A DNA stretch of 63,124 bases, filler included, from Candidatus Woesearchaeota archaeon (GTDB lineage: Archaea > Nanobdellota > Nanobdellia > Woesearchaeales > GCA-2685855), in the NCBI GenBank assembly GCA_002685855.1. It is 7 parts of 7 records of this genome, joined end to end, with 100 filler letters (N's around TTAATTAATTAA, not from the genome) between each part and the next. Parts side by side here need not be neighbours in the genome. Positions count along the whole stretch, not along the records: positions 14,184 to 22,381 come from NYYS01000002.1; positions 22,482 to 40,311 come from NYYS01000003.1; 5 more parts are not named here. The stretch is one strand, 5' to 3'. Under the pieces are notes generated by a model that saw only the letters and a list, made by a program, of their open reading frames with translations, made no database searches and was not told the origin of the DNA. The position numbers and the translations under genes are program-made. This document shows positions 17,921 through 28,919 of this stretch, in pieces. How positions within the stretch are numbered: position 1 is the first letter of the stretch; every line of letters begins with the position of its first letter.

Positions 17921-18567
17921 GATGAACTACGACCTTCTATAATATCTTTCAATACTGCCTTTGACTGAAATCCTGTATACGTTGAATTTACAACGACAAG
18001 CGTAGGAGTGTCTTTTACTTTGAATATCCTTTTTACTGTAGAGAGCGCACCATTGTCAATGTTGATATCAAAACTGTAGACATTGATGTACGGATGTGTT
18101 TTTCTTATGTAGCTCAGAATAAATCCTTGTTCTTCGCATTTAGGGCAGTCGCCTTCATTGGAATAAAAGTAGAGAATAGGAACAATTGTTTGATTGCAGG
18201 AACTTCCTACTTTACGCACAAAGACCCAGTGTCGTAATTCTAGTAGACCATAATACTCTTTTAATCGTAATACGTTTGGATCGTCCTCTCCAAGACTGTT
18301 CTCCATAAAGTCAAGTTTTAGACTAAGTTCATAAAGCTGATCTGTAAGAGGGGTTGAGTTTATTCCCCTACAAGGTTCCTCTTCAAAGAGTCGATACTGC
18401 ACTTCGATATCGAGCGTGTCTGTTCGTATATCTTGTTGAAGATCGTCGAGCTTTCCGAGCTTGATATTTGAGACTGTTGCGCCAATCACTAACCCAGAAA
18501 TAAATAATATCATCGTGATTAAAAGGGTTAAGGCATACTTTTTTGGGTTAATCTTTTTTCGTTCCAT
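17917..18567 (-). CDS. Membrane-anchored protein with a thioredoxin-like C-terminal domain
   Basis: N-terminal TM; LYFYS...CPKC...TPTLVV. Confidence 0.7.
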   Translation of the reverse strand: MERKKINPKKYALTLLITMILFISGLVIGATVSNIKLGKLDDLQQDIRTDTLDIEVQYRLFEEEPCRGINSTPLTDQLYELSLKLDFMENSLGEDDPNVLRLKEYYGLLELRHWVFVRKVGSSCNQTIVPILYFYSNEGDCPKCEEQGFILSYIRKTHPYINVYSFDINIDNGALSTVKRIFKVKDTPTLVVVNSTYTGFQSKAVLKDIIEGRSSS

Positions 18568-18571
18568 GGTA

Positions 18572-19819
18572 TTATGCTGAGGATTTATGTCCCCACTCCT
18601 GTTTTTTTGCTGCGAGTTTATAGCCTATACTCATGATCCACCAAAACCCAAACAAGAGCCAGTAGACCATCATAAAGAGAATATAGGAATACTTAATATG
18701 TATCTTTTCTTCTGCAATTTTTTTTGCCAGTACAATAAGGGTGATTCCCATTGCTAAACTAATAAATGAAAGAACAGCTATCGCATTTAGATTAATGTAA
18801 AAGAGGTCAAAATTAAACCAACGCAATTTCATGATATCAAAATCAACAGCTTTGAGATTCAGAAAAACATGCCACCAGTGATCGAGTAAAGTGACAAGAT
18901 AGTAGACAATGCTCACAATCACCAATGCAACAGAGATAAAACTGCAGGGAAGAATAAACATTCCTAGATTTCCATGTTTTCGCGAGAAGAGCTCTTTATA
19001 GTCGAGAACATTCTCTACAAACCCTCTGTACCAACGAATTCGTTGACGGTAGAGTGATTTGAAGGTGTTGGGACCAACAGTATACACAAAGCTAGTAACC
19101 GAATTTTCAATGACAAGCTGCTTTGATTGGATGCGAAGCGCCATCTCAATATCCTCTGTCATGTGCGCTTCGCGATACTCCCCATGTTTTTTAAAGAAGT
19201 CGCTCTTGTACATTGTAAACGGCCCGGGGGTGACGTGCTGGCTTCCCAAACTCGTAAATACTGTTCTTAGGAGAACTCCGATAAGATACTCGATATATTG
19301 AATGCGTTGAAGAAATCCTTTTGGCTTGAATATCTTCATACTTGGAGTTACGGCTACAACTTTTTCTTTTGAGAAAAAAGGAATCATTCTCATCAGGGCA
19401 TCTTCTTCTACAAAGCTATCTGCATCCAGAGCGCCCACAATTTCTGCTTTTGTTCTCTTCAATGCATAGTTAAGTGCAGTATATTTTCCCCCGTTCTTTT
19501 TTCTAAATACTTTTACCTGTGGATTCTTAAGCGATTGCGCTTTTTCATATGTTTTGTCTGTACTTCCATCATCGACTACGATAATCTCAAGTTTGTCTTT
19601 AGGATAGGAAAGATCAAGAAGTGTTTTTATTGTCTTTACAACAGTCATCTCTTCATTATAGCAGGGAACAATAACACAAACCGTAGGAAGTACCTCAGGA
19701 AGAGTTAATTTTTCTTTCTTTCTGTGAACTCTGTCCTCCATTATTGTGAAGAGAAAGAAGATAGCAGTATACATACCAAAAAAGGTTATGCAGTAGATTA
19801 GGATTTCTCCAAAGGTCAT
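18572..19819 (-). CDS. Processive GT2 glycosyltransferase (cellulose/PNAG synthase-like)
   Basis: PCYNEE, VDDGSTD, LDADS, TED and QRIRW motifs; flanking TMs. Confidence 0.9.
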   Translation of the reverse strand: MTFGEILIYCITFFGMYTAIFFLFTIMEDRVHRKKEKLTLPEVLPTVCVIVPCYNEEMTVVKTIKTLLDLSYPKDKLEIIVVDDGSTDKTYEKAQSLKNPQVKVFRKKNGGKYTALNYALKRTKAEIVGALDADSFVEEDALMRMIPFFSKEKVVAVTPSMKIFKPKGFLQRIQYIEYLIGVLLRTVFTSLGSQHVTPGPFTMYKSDFFKKHGEYREAHMTEDIEMALRIQSKQLVIENSVTSFVYTVGPNTFKSLYRQRIRWYRGFVENVLDYKELFSRKHGNLGMFILPCSFISVALVIVSIVYYLVTLLDHWWHVFLNLKAVDFDIMKLRWFNFDLFYINLNAIAVLSFISLAMGITLIVLAKKIAEEKIHIKYSYILFMMVYWLLFGFWWIMSIGYKLAAKKQEWGHKSSA

Positions 19820-21141
19820 GATTGCTCCTGTCCGAGATACATATAGATCTCTGTACTATTGAGCTGGTAGATTCTTATAAATCTTCCGCTGTTCATCAGG
19901 AGAAAATAGAGCCCTGATTCTTCGATATTCCAGGATTTCTTTGTAGCGGTGTCCAGATAGACGTATTTTATTCTGTCTTGTTCAAGCAAATATACTGCAT
20001 TATCCAATTTGAAGGATGACAGAAGCTCTTCAGGGGATGTAAGAAGCTCTTCAGGGGTGGAAAGACCGGTATAATAGAAAAGATACTCTTGGTTTGATGG
20101 ATGGGTAAATACCTGTTCATCTCTAAATGCTTGCTGATTCAGAAAGGAATATGCCTGGAGATCCTCTCTCACAGGCGTGTGATCTACTTCAATCCGGATC
20201 TGTGTTAAGGTTGAAAAGAGTAAGGTGCAAAATATGAGAAGCAGGGTTAACCCTTTTACATAGGCTACCTGCCATCTTCGACGAATAATGCGATCTAGTG
20301 CTTTGGCTGCAAAGACAGAAAGAGCAATAAGAACAAAGATACGCGTTGCAAAATTAATAACTGAGAGGAACAAGAGCACCAATAAGAGAGGATAGCGCAG
20401 GTCTGTCTTTTTCCAAGAGAGAATCAGGCCAATTAATCCGATAAAAAGAAAGAGAAAGGAATATCCCTGGACAGCTCCAAACTCACTAATGAAAAAGGAA
20501 GGTGAAAGAGATTCCTCTGTTTTTAAAGAGATTGAAACTCCAGAAACAAGAAGTATGAACACAACCAGGATACCAATTAAGAAAATGGTTGCTTTCTTCT
20601 TAGAAGCGCTTTTTTCCTGAGAAAGAAGAAATAATCCATAGAGAAATAGAAGTATTGCAGAAAAGAGATGGACAAAAGGAAGTACCACAGCAATAAGAAA
20701 CGACAAGAAATAATGCTGCTTTTCATATGCAAGGATGAATGCAAGGGATAGCGTAAGTGCAAGAAGATAAGGAGTAATAGTGGAAGTAAGATAGAGTGCA
20801 ATCGGGGAGATAAGAAAGAGTAATAGTGCCAGGCTTCTTTCACGTATCGTAAGTTCAGATAAAACACAATCCAACAGGTAGAGACTGAGAAGCATCAGGC
20901 CAAGCTGTACAAGCAGCAGATGCATATGAAACGTTACTGGAACAAAGGAGAGAAGAAGGGTAAACAAGGTTGTTGGAGAACTGGCTTCATTAAGATTTGC
21001 ATAGCTTTCCACACCAAACAAAAGAGGATTTCCAAGAATACCTCGAACCAGGAAGATTGAAGAAAAAAGTACCAGCCCTATAAGTAGAATAATGAACCGC
21101 CTGTTGGATGCACTTTTTGAAAAGACTAGTTTATTCCACAT
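19816..21141 (-). CDS. Polytopic membrane protein, possibly GT-C-like
   Basis: More than 10 hydrophobic segments plus a soluble C-terminal domain; overlaps its neighbours as an operon. Confidence 0.6.
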   Translation of the reverse strand: MWNKLVFSKSASNRRFIILLIGLVLFSSIFLVRGILGNPLLFGVESYANLNEASSPTTLFTLLLSFVPVTFHMHLLLVQLGLMLLSLYLLDCVLSELTIRERSLALLLFLISPIALYLTSTITPYLLALTLSLAFILAYEKQHYFLSFLIAVVLPFVHLFSAILLFLYGLFLLSQEKSASKKKATIFLIGILVVFILLVSGVSISLKTEESLSPSFFISEFGAVQGYSFLFLFIGLIGLILSWKKTDLRYPLLLVLLFLSVINFATRIFVLIALSVFAAKALDRIIRRRWQVAYVKGLTLLLIFCTLLFSTLTQIRIEVDHTPVREDLQAYSFLNQQAFRDEQVFTHPSNQEYLFYYTGLSTPEELLTSPEELLSSFKLDNAVYLLEQDRIKYVYLDTATKKSWNIEESGLYFLLMNSGRFIRIYQLNSTEIYMYLGQEQS

Positions 21142-22381
21142 CGTACCTCATAAATGATTGCTCCTTTTGAATAGACCACAGGAAAGCAAGAATCATCACT
21201 TCCTGGAAGTCTGTAGATTCCCTGTTCTTCCTGTACAGCCAGCGAAAGAATAATATAATCTATATCGTACTGTGTTGTTTTATCAAGCAGTTCTGTCTGA
21301 AACTGTGTTGTATAGATCTTGTTCAGAGCAGTTACACGTTCCTGTGCATCATCAACATATAAAAAGCCGGAATCTGCAACGTTCTTTCGTCGGGAAATTG
21401 CTGTAACAAGATGTCCTTGTTCCAAAGGGGCTGCAATAATTGCATCCTCGGGAAGATGTTCACCCATCCAGAGATAGGCTTCAAGATCTCCTTCTGCAAC
21501 AGGAGCCCGCTGTGTAAACAGCGCCATGCCTAACGGAAGAATACTTGTAAATGCAAACAAAAGAAGGAGAAAAACAAAAAAGAGAGGTTTGAAAGAAGAA
21601 ACCTTTGTCTTTGAGAGATAGATTGCAAGGAGTTCAAGGCTTTTTGCAGAAAGCAAAAGCAAACAGACACTCAGATAGATGCTTCCTACAAGAAGGGGAA
21701 TAAGTTTCAGCCAAAGTAAGATAGTTGTAACAAGCGCAAGTGAAATAAGCAACAAGGATTTTCGATGGACTTTTTCAAACAAAACAATATAGGCACCATA
21801 GACACCCAGGATAAGAGCAAGTGCTCCGACTGCATAGATCAATGGAAGAAGTTGAAAGTCAGAGAAAAAGTTTTGAAGAAGAGTTACAGGTATATTCTGC
21901 CAAATCACCTTAATTCCCTGTTCTCTAAACGCTGTTCCAAAAAAGATAAGGTTTACCCAGAGTATAAGGAAGCTGGTGAATATTGAAAGTTCAAGCTCCT
22001 GGGGAAGAATCTGAACTCCTTCGATTTTTTGAAAGAGATGATAGACACACAACATCAGGACAAAAAGAAGTGCTAAAGGTGTGGAAAAGGCAAGTAAAAC
22101 AATTGATAGAAGGTAGAGTGGAACCGTTCCTTCCTTTTCTAGTCGCATATAACTCAGCAGTGCAAAAAGAAATAAAGGAAGGGAAAGCGCTGCAGGAGAA
22201 GGATTATAGATGTCAAACAGAACAGGAGTAAACCCCACAAACAAAGCAATTAGCAATGAAATTCCCTTATTGGTGGTAAGCTTATGAGCAAGAAGGTAGG
22301 ATAAGGGAACAACTGCAACCATGAGGAGGTTCAACAGGAGCGTGGCTCCCACTACAGGATTCATAAAAAAACTTAGGCCTG
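21126..22381 (-). CDS. Polytopic membrane protein, GT-C/STT3-C-like tail; 5' end cut by the contig edge
   Basis: Multiple TMs; AYLWM..HLP.DAII...QGHLV..ISRRKNVAD...YDIDYII. Confidence 0.6.
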
Positions 22382-22481
22382 NNNNNNNNNNNNNNNNNNN
22401 NNNNNNNNNNNNNNNNNNNNNNNNNTTAATTAATTAANNNNNNNNNNNNNNNNNNNNNNNNNNNNNNNNNNNNNNNNNNNN
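22382..22481. other. Artificial contig linker
   Basis: N-run, TTAATTAATTAA, N-run. Confidence 0.97.
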
Positions 22482-22587
22482 TCATACTCTATTTCTGCCT
22501 GATATGCCTTAATATCCCATTTATCATCCTTTCGTAGCCTAACTTTGACCATTTATCTATTGAGAGGAGGGGGTTTATAAAGATTTC

Positions 22588-22650
22588 TTAAGAATTGTTA
22601 TAAAGGAGAGGTGTCCGTAGTTTATGGTCTGAGCCAATGATTATCTTCAT
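22588..22650 (-). pseudogene. Possible relic of the ribose-5-phosphate isomerase B 5' end
   Basis: Reads MKIIIGSDH (typical RpiB N-terminus), then diverges and stops after 20 codons. Confidence 0.4.
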
Positions 22651-22877
22651 TGTGTGCCTTATGGCAGACCCACGGAGTAGATGAGGCTTGGGCGCTTTTA
22701 TTTAATGGACAAAGTTGTGAGAAACCCTAGATTTAGCTATAATTAGGTCTTGACTCCACTGTGTTGATAAAAGTCAACTTCATCTGTCTTTCCAAGTTTA
22801 AAGTCCCCATAGGTTTCAAACACTAAAGGTAAGATATTTACCTTTTTAAAAAATACAATTTTATGGTTACAAGTTAT

Positions 22878-23984
22878 TTACAAGCAATAAGATTTCAGAT
22901 CAAATATGAAATCTATGAAATTCTTATCATCCAAGGTTATCACATCGTTGACACGAAACTCAAGAATGTTCTTCTTTATTTCCTTAAGGGGTGTAGAGGA
23001 AAGCTTGGAGAGATTGATGAGGAGCTCTACATTGAGGAAAACATTTTCTTCTTTCTTTTGTTTAAGCGCTGATGGAACAACGCCTAGAAGGAAGGCTAGT
23101 TGGCGAGTACTGAAATAATCTATTGCAAATAGTCGCTTTTTTAACTTGTGAGATAATTTACAGCTGAACTTTGTGATTTTCAGCTTGCTGAGAAATTTGT
23201 ACTCTTTTCTTTTATTGAGTCTGAATAGGTCTATCTTCCAGAGTTTGTGATAATTTATCCAGTTTGTGATTTGTAGTATATATGAATGGGTATTTTCTTT
23301 GAAATTTTCGTGGAAGGTGATCTTTTCTTTTTCTAAGGCCTTCTTTAACATTAGGATAAGTTCTTTTTCATGTGTTCCGAGACAGAATTGACATGATACA
23401 ATATAGTTTTGATGTCGATTGATACCTATACATCCCTCAGCTGCAAAAAGACCTCTTAGGAATGCTCTTCTAAGTTTCTTGTCATAGAGAAAATCGCTCT
23501 TTTTTATATGCTCAAGGATTTTCTCGAATAGAATACGAAATATTTTTCCACTAAGCTGAATCTCACAGCTCGGATTTCTTGACCTATTAGTTAGTTGAGT
23601 ATGTATCTTTGATGTTTTAACACATAGGTCTTCTGCCCATTTATGAGTCGTTTTCTTGCTGTACTCCTTGAGTCTAAGAGCTATGTGGAAATCTTTCAAA
23701 CCAATATTAAGCCTTTTCAAGAAGAAGTCCAGTATAAACTTTACCATCTCTGGATCTATAGATGAGAATCCGAGATGTGTCATGTCTGAACTAAGTTTGC
23801 CATCTCCTAGATACATACCAACTGCTTCAATAAATTGTTCATTGATGCTTATCTTCCTAGGAAGCACAAAAGGTTTTGGATGGCTTCCTCTTCCTTTATT
23901 GAGATAAAATACTTTAATATAGGTTCTATCCCTGTCGTCGATCATCCATTGATCAGGAACGAGTTTTTTAATATCTATAATCAT
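22878..23984 (-). CDS. Free-standing double-motif LAGLIDADG endonuclease-like protein
   Basis: AVGMYLGDG and FLRGLFAAEG motifs; no intein termini; more AT-rich than its neighbours. Confidence 0.8.
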   Translation of the reverse strand: MIIDIKKLVPDQWMIDDRDRTYIKVFYLNKGRGSHPKPFVLPRKISINEQFIEAVGMYLGDGKLSSDMTHLGFSSIDPEMVKFILDFFLKRLNIGLKDFHIALRLKEYSKKTTHKWAEDLCVKTSKIHTQLTNRSRNPSCEIQLSGKIFRILFEKILEHIKKSDFLYDKKLRRAFLRGLFAAEGCIGINRHQNYIVSCQFCLGTHEKELILMLKKALEKEKITFHENFKENTHSYILQITNWINYHKLWKIDLFRLNKRKEYKFLSKLKITKFSCKLSHKLKKRLFAIDYFSTRQLAFLLGVVPSALKQKKEENVFLNVELLINLSKLSSTPLKEIKKNILEFRVNDVITLDDKNFIDFIFDLKSYCL

Positions 23985-24121
23985 TTTATTGACTTCGAGA
24001 ATTTCTTTTTAAATCTTAGAAGAAAAGAGGAATTAATTCTTTAAATAACTTACGCGAAGATGTCCAGTGAATAGATAAATTGATGAGAAATATTCCAACT
24101 AACTTAGATATTTTCCAGAAA

Positions 24122-25222
24122 TCAGGGAAGCCAAGACTTCGGATCTTTTAGTTTTTTGGGGAGATAATCGCTTATGACAAAGTTCAATCCGTATTTGGCA
24201 AGACTTTGCTGCTCTGAACGAACTCCAAGTTTGAGTTGAAGTTGGATTGCCTTTTGCCATTCTTTATGGTGTTGGACAAAGGGGTCGTTTTTCATTGCAT
24301 CTTTTCCACGTTTTATATCAACATCTTTGAGTGGATGTGTGGGGAGTTTGTAATCTATGACATCTTGGGGAGAAACACCAATAAATTTTGCATTTGGTAC
24401 GCAGAAGTGTTGGTTGACGTGGGCTGCGTTTCCGCTGCCGACTTTAAGAGTACGGTATATGTTAAAAAATCCATAGAAGTCATTATCTGTAAACACATAC
24501 ACAGGAAGTTTCCTGTCTGTGCTGAGTTTTTTTACGAATCTTCGGGTTGCGCGGGAGGGGACTCCTTTGAGGGAGACGAGGATGCAGTTTGCTTTTTTGT
24601 AGTATTTGTGTTTGACGAGGCGTTGGAACATACCTGCGGTTTCTATTGCGAGGATGAATTTTGCTTTTGTGTCAAAGGTGAGTTGTTCGACGGATGAGGG
24701 GATGTTGTATGCTCCGGAGGCAAACTTTGTGCAGTCGATCTTGATATCTTTTCCTGTGTCAGGGTCTTTGTCGATTATTGTGAGGTTGCCAGAGACTGCG
24801 CCTCCGTCTTCTTCAGGGATGAACCCGAGTTGTTCTCGTAATACTGCGAGGCTTGCTTCTACGTCGTCCATGACGGTGTCTGATTCTGGTTGTTCGTTGA
24901 ATTTTGCGTCTCCCCAGTTTTTTGATACGTAGTAGGCCTCTCTTTTTGTCATGATGTCGTCTGTTGCGATTACTTTTTTTGCTTCGGCCATCATGTGGAG
25001 TGTTTGTGCGAATGTTTTTATTGTGGATGCAGTGAGTGTTCTGATCTTTTCTTTTTCGAGGAGTTTAAAGAATCCGTCTTTGTCGTCATAGCTGACGTTG
25101 CTTAATGCGCGTATGGGCATGTGTATCGAAGGGCTGTTTTTCTTTTTAATATCTGTATAGATATCTTTTGATATTGCCCTGATCTCTTTCACAGGATCTT
25201 TGAGTTCAGCTTTCTTGCTCAT
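24122..25222 (-). CDS. top6A: DNA topoisomerase VI subunit A
   Basis: TKREAYY, QPESD, TOPRIM motifs IETAGMF and FTDND. Confidence 0.95.
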   Translation of the reverse strand: MSKKAELKDPVKEIRAISKDIYTDIKKKNSPSIHMPIRALSNVSYDDKDGFFKLLEKEKIRTLTASTIKTFAQTLHMMAEAKKVIATDDIMTKREAYYVSKNWGDAKFNEQPESDTVMDDVEASLAVLREQLGFIPEEDGGAVSGNLTIIDKDPDTGKDIKIDCTKFASGAYNIPSSVEQLTFDTKAKFILAIETAGMFQRLVKHKYYKKANCILVSLKGVPSRATRRFVKKLSTDRKLPVYVFTDNDFYGFFNIYRTLKVGSGNAAHVNQHFCVPNAKFIGVSPQDVIDYKLPTHPLKDVDIKRGKDAMKNDPFVQHHKEWQKAIQLQLKLGVRSEQQSLAKYGLNFVISDYLPKKLKDPKSWLP

Positions 25223-26897
25223 TGTTTTCCTCTTCTTCTTCTTTTCCTATGTTTGCGAATTCTTCGTCATAGTCTTTGTTTTTTTCTTCATCAAATGAGA
25301 TGTCTTCGAGTTCTCCGCGGTGTTTCTCGAGGAGTTCCACAAGGAGTTTTTCTGTTGCTTTTTTTTCGTTGTCGGAATATTCAAGGAGTTCCTGCAATGC
25401 TTCGGCGACGTGAGGGATATATTTTTCGATGTAGGATCTTTTTTTGAGTTCTGCGTGAACGCGTTTCTTTTTTCCTACGTAGCGGACGAGTTGGCGTCCG
25501 ACTTCCTGGAGTGCGAGTTTGATTTCTTTTATTATTTCTGGATAGTGGGCGATGGCTTCTTTTGATTCTGATGTGAAGGGGACCCAAACGCTGGCGATGT
25601 GCACAACTATTGTTAGGGGTGCGATGGGAAGAGAGTTTTGTGATTGTGATAGGCCGTAGTTTCTCCATCCTGTTTCGACTATGCTTTTTGTAACGCCGCA
25701 GGCTCCTTGTTGGTAGAGGAGGGGGACGCGGTTTGCAAAGCGGATGATTCTTGCTGATTTGTCTCCGGGCTGGTTTCCTCCGTAGGCGACTGCTGCTTCG
25801 ACGAGAAAGGGGTTTCCTCTGTAGACAGCAGGAGGGCGGGATACTGATGCATAGAATTCGGCGTTTACCTCTTTTCTGACTCCTTTTTCGAGTTGTTCTG
25901 CTCCGATAGGAGAGAGGCAGTCGGTAGGTGGTGCCATGATCTTTGTTTCTTGGATTCCTTTCATGAGTTTTTCGATGTCCTGTCGTGCAAGGTTTTTGGG
26001 TTTTATTTTTTCAGATAGTCTGGCGTTTTCACAGATCTCTTTTGCGACTTTTGAGGAGACGCGTGAGAATTCTGTTGTGAGGAATTGATAGAGTGTTTTT
26101 GTTTGTGTGTCTTTTGCCATTGCCTGGAGTACGCCGAGTTCGACTCCGTAGGGATGGGGGGTTATTTCTTTTGGTTGTTGGGGAAATTTTTCAACTACTT
26201 TGGGAAAGATAATTTGTTCTGCTTTTGGGTTGGTGTAGATGAATGTTGCGTGTGGGTTTGCAATGGCTGTTTCTTTGATGTATTCGTCGACTGATTGGGC
26301 TCCTTTGAGGTAGCTTGCTTCAAGGTCGAGTTCGATTTTTGTTCCGTGGTCTTTTTTCCATTCAGTTATGTCATCTTTGAGAATTTCTGGTTTGTTTGTT
26401 TTTGTGTCAAGGTGGAGTTCGTAGTAGTGTGCGGGCTTGTTTGCTCCTATTTTGGAAATGATTTTTGCAGATTTTCCTGTTGTGAGTTGGCCGTACATGA
26501 CTGATGCGCTTATGCCAATTCCTTGCTGACCACGAGATTGGCTGAGCTTGTGAAACTTACTTCCATAGAGGAGTTTTCCAAAGATTTTAGGGATTTGTGC
26601 TTTTACGATGCCGGGGCCGTTGTCTTCTACGATGACTTTGAAGCGGCTTGGGCTGATTTCAATGGCTTCTATATATATTTCTGGGAATATTGAGGCTTCT
26701 TCGCAGGCATCGAGGCTGTTGTCTACTGCCTCTTTTATTGTTGTGAGAAGAGCTTTTCGGGGGTTGTCAAATCCTAAGAGGTGGCGGTTTCGGGCAAAGA
26801 ACTCTGCAACGCCGATGTCACGTTGTTTTGTGGCCATCTCTTCTGCTTTGGTTCCTGTGTTTTTATTGAATTCTGTGAGTTGCCTGTTTGGGGCCAT
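25206..26897 (-). CDS. top6B: DNA topoisomerase VI subunit B
   Basis: [24 protein letters not shown] and RFANRVPL. Confidence 0.97.
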   Translation of the reverse strand: MAPNRQLTEFNKNTGTKAEEMATKQRDIGVAEFFARNRHLLGFDNPRKALLTTIKEAVDNSLDACEEASIFPEIYIEAIEISPSRFKVIVEDNGPGIVKAQIPKIFGKLLYGSKFHKLSQSRGQQGIGISASVMYGQLTTGKSAKIISKIGANKPAHYYELHLDTKTNKPEILKDDITEWKKDHGTKIELDLEASYLKGAQSVDEYIKETAIANPHATFIYTNPKAEQIIFPKVVEKFPQQPKEITPHPYGVELGVLQAMAKDTQTKTLYQFLTTEFSRVSSKVAKEICENARLSEKIKPKNLARQDIEKLMKGIQETKIMAPPTDCLSPIGAEQLEKGVRKEVNAEFYASVSRPPAVYRGNPFLVEAAVAYGGNQPGDKSARIIRFANRVPLLYQQGACGVTKSIVETGWRNYGLSQSQNSLPIAPLTIVVHIASVWVPFTSESKEAIAHYPEIIKEIKLALQEVGRQLVRYVGKKKRVHAELKKRSYIEKYIPHVAEALQELLEYSDNEKKATEKLLVELLEKHRGELEDISFDEEKNKDYDEEFANIGKEEEEENNEQES

Positions 26898-27009
26898 ATA
26901 AGAAGCTGAAGAGGGGGGTTAATAAAGGTTACGATGGGGAAAGGGTAGAATTTTCTGGAGTGAGGAAGAGGTTGAGGGGTATGGATTTCAGATTATCTCT
27001 TTGAAATAG

Positions 27010-27528
27010 TTAGGGTTCTCTTTGTTGTTTTTCGAGCCATTTGTAGACTGAGCTGTGGGGGCTGCCTGCGAGGAGGCTTTCTACAGCGCGTTTTGCAGTA
27101 GCCACGTTTTCTGCTGAGCCGATGATTGCGATGGTTTTTCCGTAGACGCTTATGGAGCAGTTAGTAAGTTGTTCGAGGTTGCTTCGGGATTTTCCTTTTG
27201 TGCCGATGACTCTTCCTCTGAGGCGTTCGAAGTGGCTTTTTCCTTTGGCGTAGTCGGTGATGGAGATGACTTCGAGGTTGTAGTCTTGTTTGAGGAGTCT
27301 GAGGGCGATTTCGGGGTTGAAGCCTCTTCCGATGGCTCTTATGAGCTCTTTAAGGGTGTAGAGGGCGAGGCTGTCGCTGCCAAGGATCTTGATTTCCCCT
27401 TCTTTGCTATCTACTTCTAGTGTACAGCCGGTCTGAGCTTCTAAGGCCTTTTTTTGTTCTCCTTTCTTTCCTATGAGAACGGCGACGCGGTCTTTGGGGA
27501 TGCGGAGCTCGTAGAGGTATTCTTCCAT
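27010..27528 (-). CDS. KH-domain pre-rRNA processing protein (Dim2/Pno1-like)
   Basis: LIGKKG, AIGRGF, GRVIGTKG and GSPHSSVY. Confidence 0.9.
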   Translation of the reverse strand: MEEYLYELRIPKDRVAVLIGKKGEQKKALEAQTGCTLEVDSKEGEIKILGSDSLALYTLKELIRAIGRGFNPEIALRLLKQDYNLEVISITDYAKGKSHFERLRGRVIGTKGKSRSNLEQLTNCSISVYGKTIAIIGSAENVATAKRAVESLLAGSPHSSVYKWLEKQQREP

Positions 27529-27603
27529 TGTGTTGGGACAGGAAGGGTGTATTTAAAGGTTTTTAAAGGAAAGGTTGATAAATTGGGTCTGATTTCGGAT
27601 TGT

Positions 27604-27993
27604 ATGGCAGATTATGTCTATGTACCGGTATGGAAGAAGGGGGAGATAGGGGTAGAGCTGAAAAAAAACGAGAAGGGGAGCGATCCAGGGATTCAATATG
27701 TTAAATATGTTATAGGAGATACTGATTACTCTGTTGTTGAAGATGGGGGAGAAGGGAACAGGATTATGGTTAAGGTTCCTGAAGGAGAAGAGGAAAAAGC
27801 CTGCAAACGAATTAGGGCTGCATCAGAGGTTGTGGATGCGTATCGTATTGATGAGAAGCATACTACTCGAATGGCCAAACTTGAAAGGGTCGATGGATTG
27901 GTTAAGAGTTTAATGGGCTATTTTCACGGTCCTGATTCTGAGTTGAGAGAACATATTGATGAAGTACATCGTGCTTTGGATTCTTTGGTATAG
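27604..27993 (+). CDS. Hypothetical protein
   Basis: ATG at 27604 downstream of an AT-rich promoter; the upstream part of the ORF call overlaps the KH gene. Confidence 0.55.
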   Translation: MADYVYVPVWKKGEIGVELKKNEKGSDPGIQYVKYVIGDTDYSVVEDGGEGNRIMVKVPEGEEEKACKRIRAASEVVDAYRIDEKHTTRMAKLERVDGLVKSLMGYFHGPDSELREHIDEVHRALDSLV

Positions 27994-27999
27994 AAAAAA

Positions 28000-28077
28000 T
28001 GGTAGCGGGGGGTAGATTTGAACTACCGACCTCCGGGTTATGAGCCCGACGGGCACTCCTGGCTGCCCCACCCCGCT
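28000..28077 (-). tRNA. Initiator tRNA-Met(CAT) with encoded CCA
   Basis: AGCGGGG...TCGGG CT CAT AA CCCGG...GTTCAAATC...CCCCGCT ACCA; A1-U72 and three G-C pairs in the anticodon stem. Confidence 0.95.
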
Positions 28078-28181
28078 ATACACACCAGAAGTTGTGGGTT
28101 ATTTAAAAATGTTTCTTGGAAAGGATTGTATGATTTTTGGAAAGAGACAGACATATAAAGTTGATAGGTTCGCTATTTTGG

Positions 28182-28919
28182 ATGGATAGAGTGCGCAAAT
28201 TGGGTGAGATGGGAAGAGAACAGCGTGTTCAGCCTATTTTTTCTCAGAGTAGCCGTGGCAAGAGAAGGTTGGATGAAGATCGAAGGCAGATGGAATATCG
28301 TAGGCGGGCGAGAAGGAGCAGGATGTCTACTAAGACTGTCTCTGTAGAGCTTGTAGAAGGTGCTGAACCTAGGAAGAGGACTTTTATGGGGCCGGATCTT
28401 TCTTTGTATTGGAATCGGAAGGTGCAGTTGACTGTTTTTTTGTTGGGAGTTGCTGTTTTGATGTTTCTTTTTTATCAGAAGGCGTTTGTGCTTTTATTAT
28501 TTAGTGTTGCTGCGTTATGTGTTGGTTTTTTTTCGAGGATGAGTGGAGCGATCTATCTTGGTGTTGAGTTCGGGTTGGGGCCTGCGATCTTTATTGGGTA
28601 TGTGTATGGTCCGTTTACAGGAGGGGTAATGGGTTTGGTGTTGTTGTTTATGGATCAGCTGGGACAGCGTCGTTTTAGTTTGCAGTTGAGTTATTATAGT
28701 GTGTTGTATGTTGGCGCGGGTTTGCTTTCGGGGTTGATGCAATCATTTTCAGTTTTTTTTGCGGGTGTGTTGCTTGTTGTTTTGGTGAATGTGATTGCAG
28801 GAGGTATCCACATGTTTGCGCGTGGGCCGAGCATTCTGTATTGGTATGTGTGGAATATTGTGTTTAATTTGTTGTTATTTAAGACGGTTTTTTCTTTGTT
28901 TGCAGGAGTTTTGATTTAG
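28182..28919 (+). CDS. Membrane protein, ECF S-component-like, with a basic N-terminal extension
   Basis: About 6 TMs; IGYVYGPFTGGVMG motif. Confidence 0.5.
   Translation: MDRVRKLGEMGREQRVQPIFSQSSRGKRRLDEDRRQMEYRRRARRSRMSTKTVSVELVEGAEPRKRTFMGPDLSLYWNRKVQLTVFLLGVAVLMFLFYQKAFVLLLFSVAALCVGFFSRMSGAIYLGVEFGLGPAIFIGYVYGPFTGGVMGLVLLFMDQLGQRRFSLQLSYYSVLYVGAGLLSGLMQSFSVFFAGVLLVVLVNVIAGGIHMFARGPSILYWYVWNIVFNLLLFKTVFSLFAGVLI

Noticed and set aside
22610..22696. tRNA-like or ncRNA-like fold (GGTGTCC...GGGCGCT with internal hairpins)
   Set aside because: There is no T-loop or anticodon arm, the closing stem is mostly G-U, and the opposite strand is better explained as an RpiB-like coding relic.
22878..23984. 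Intein or intron assignment for the LAGLIDADG gene
   Set aside because: It has no Cys/Ser start or His-Asn end, top6A is complete, and no interrupted host gene is visible.
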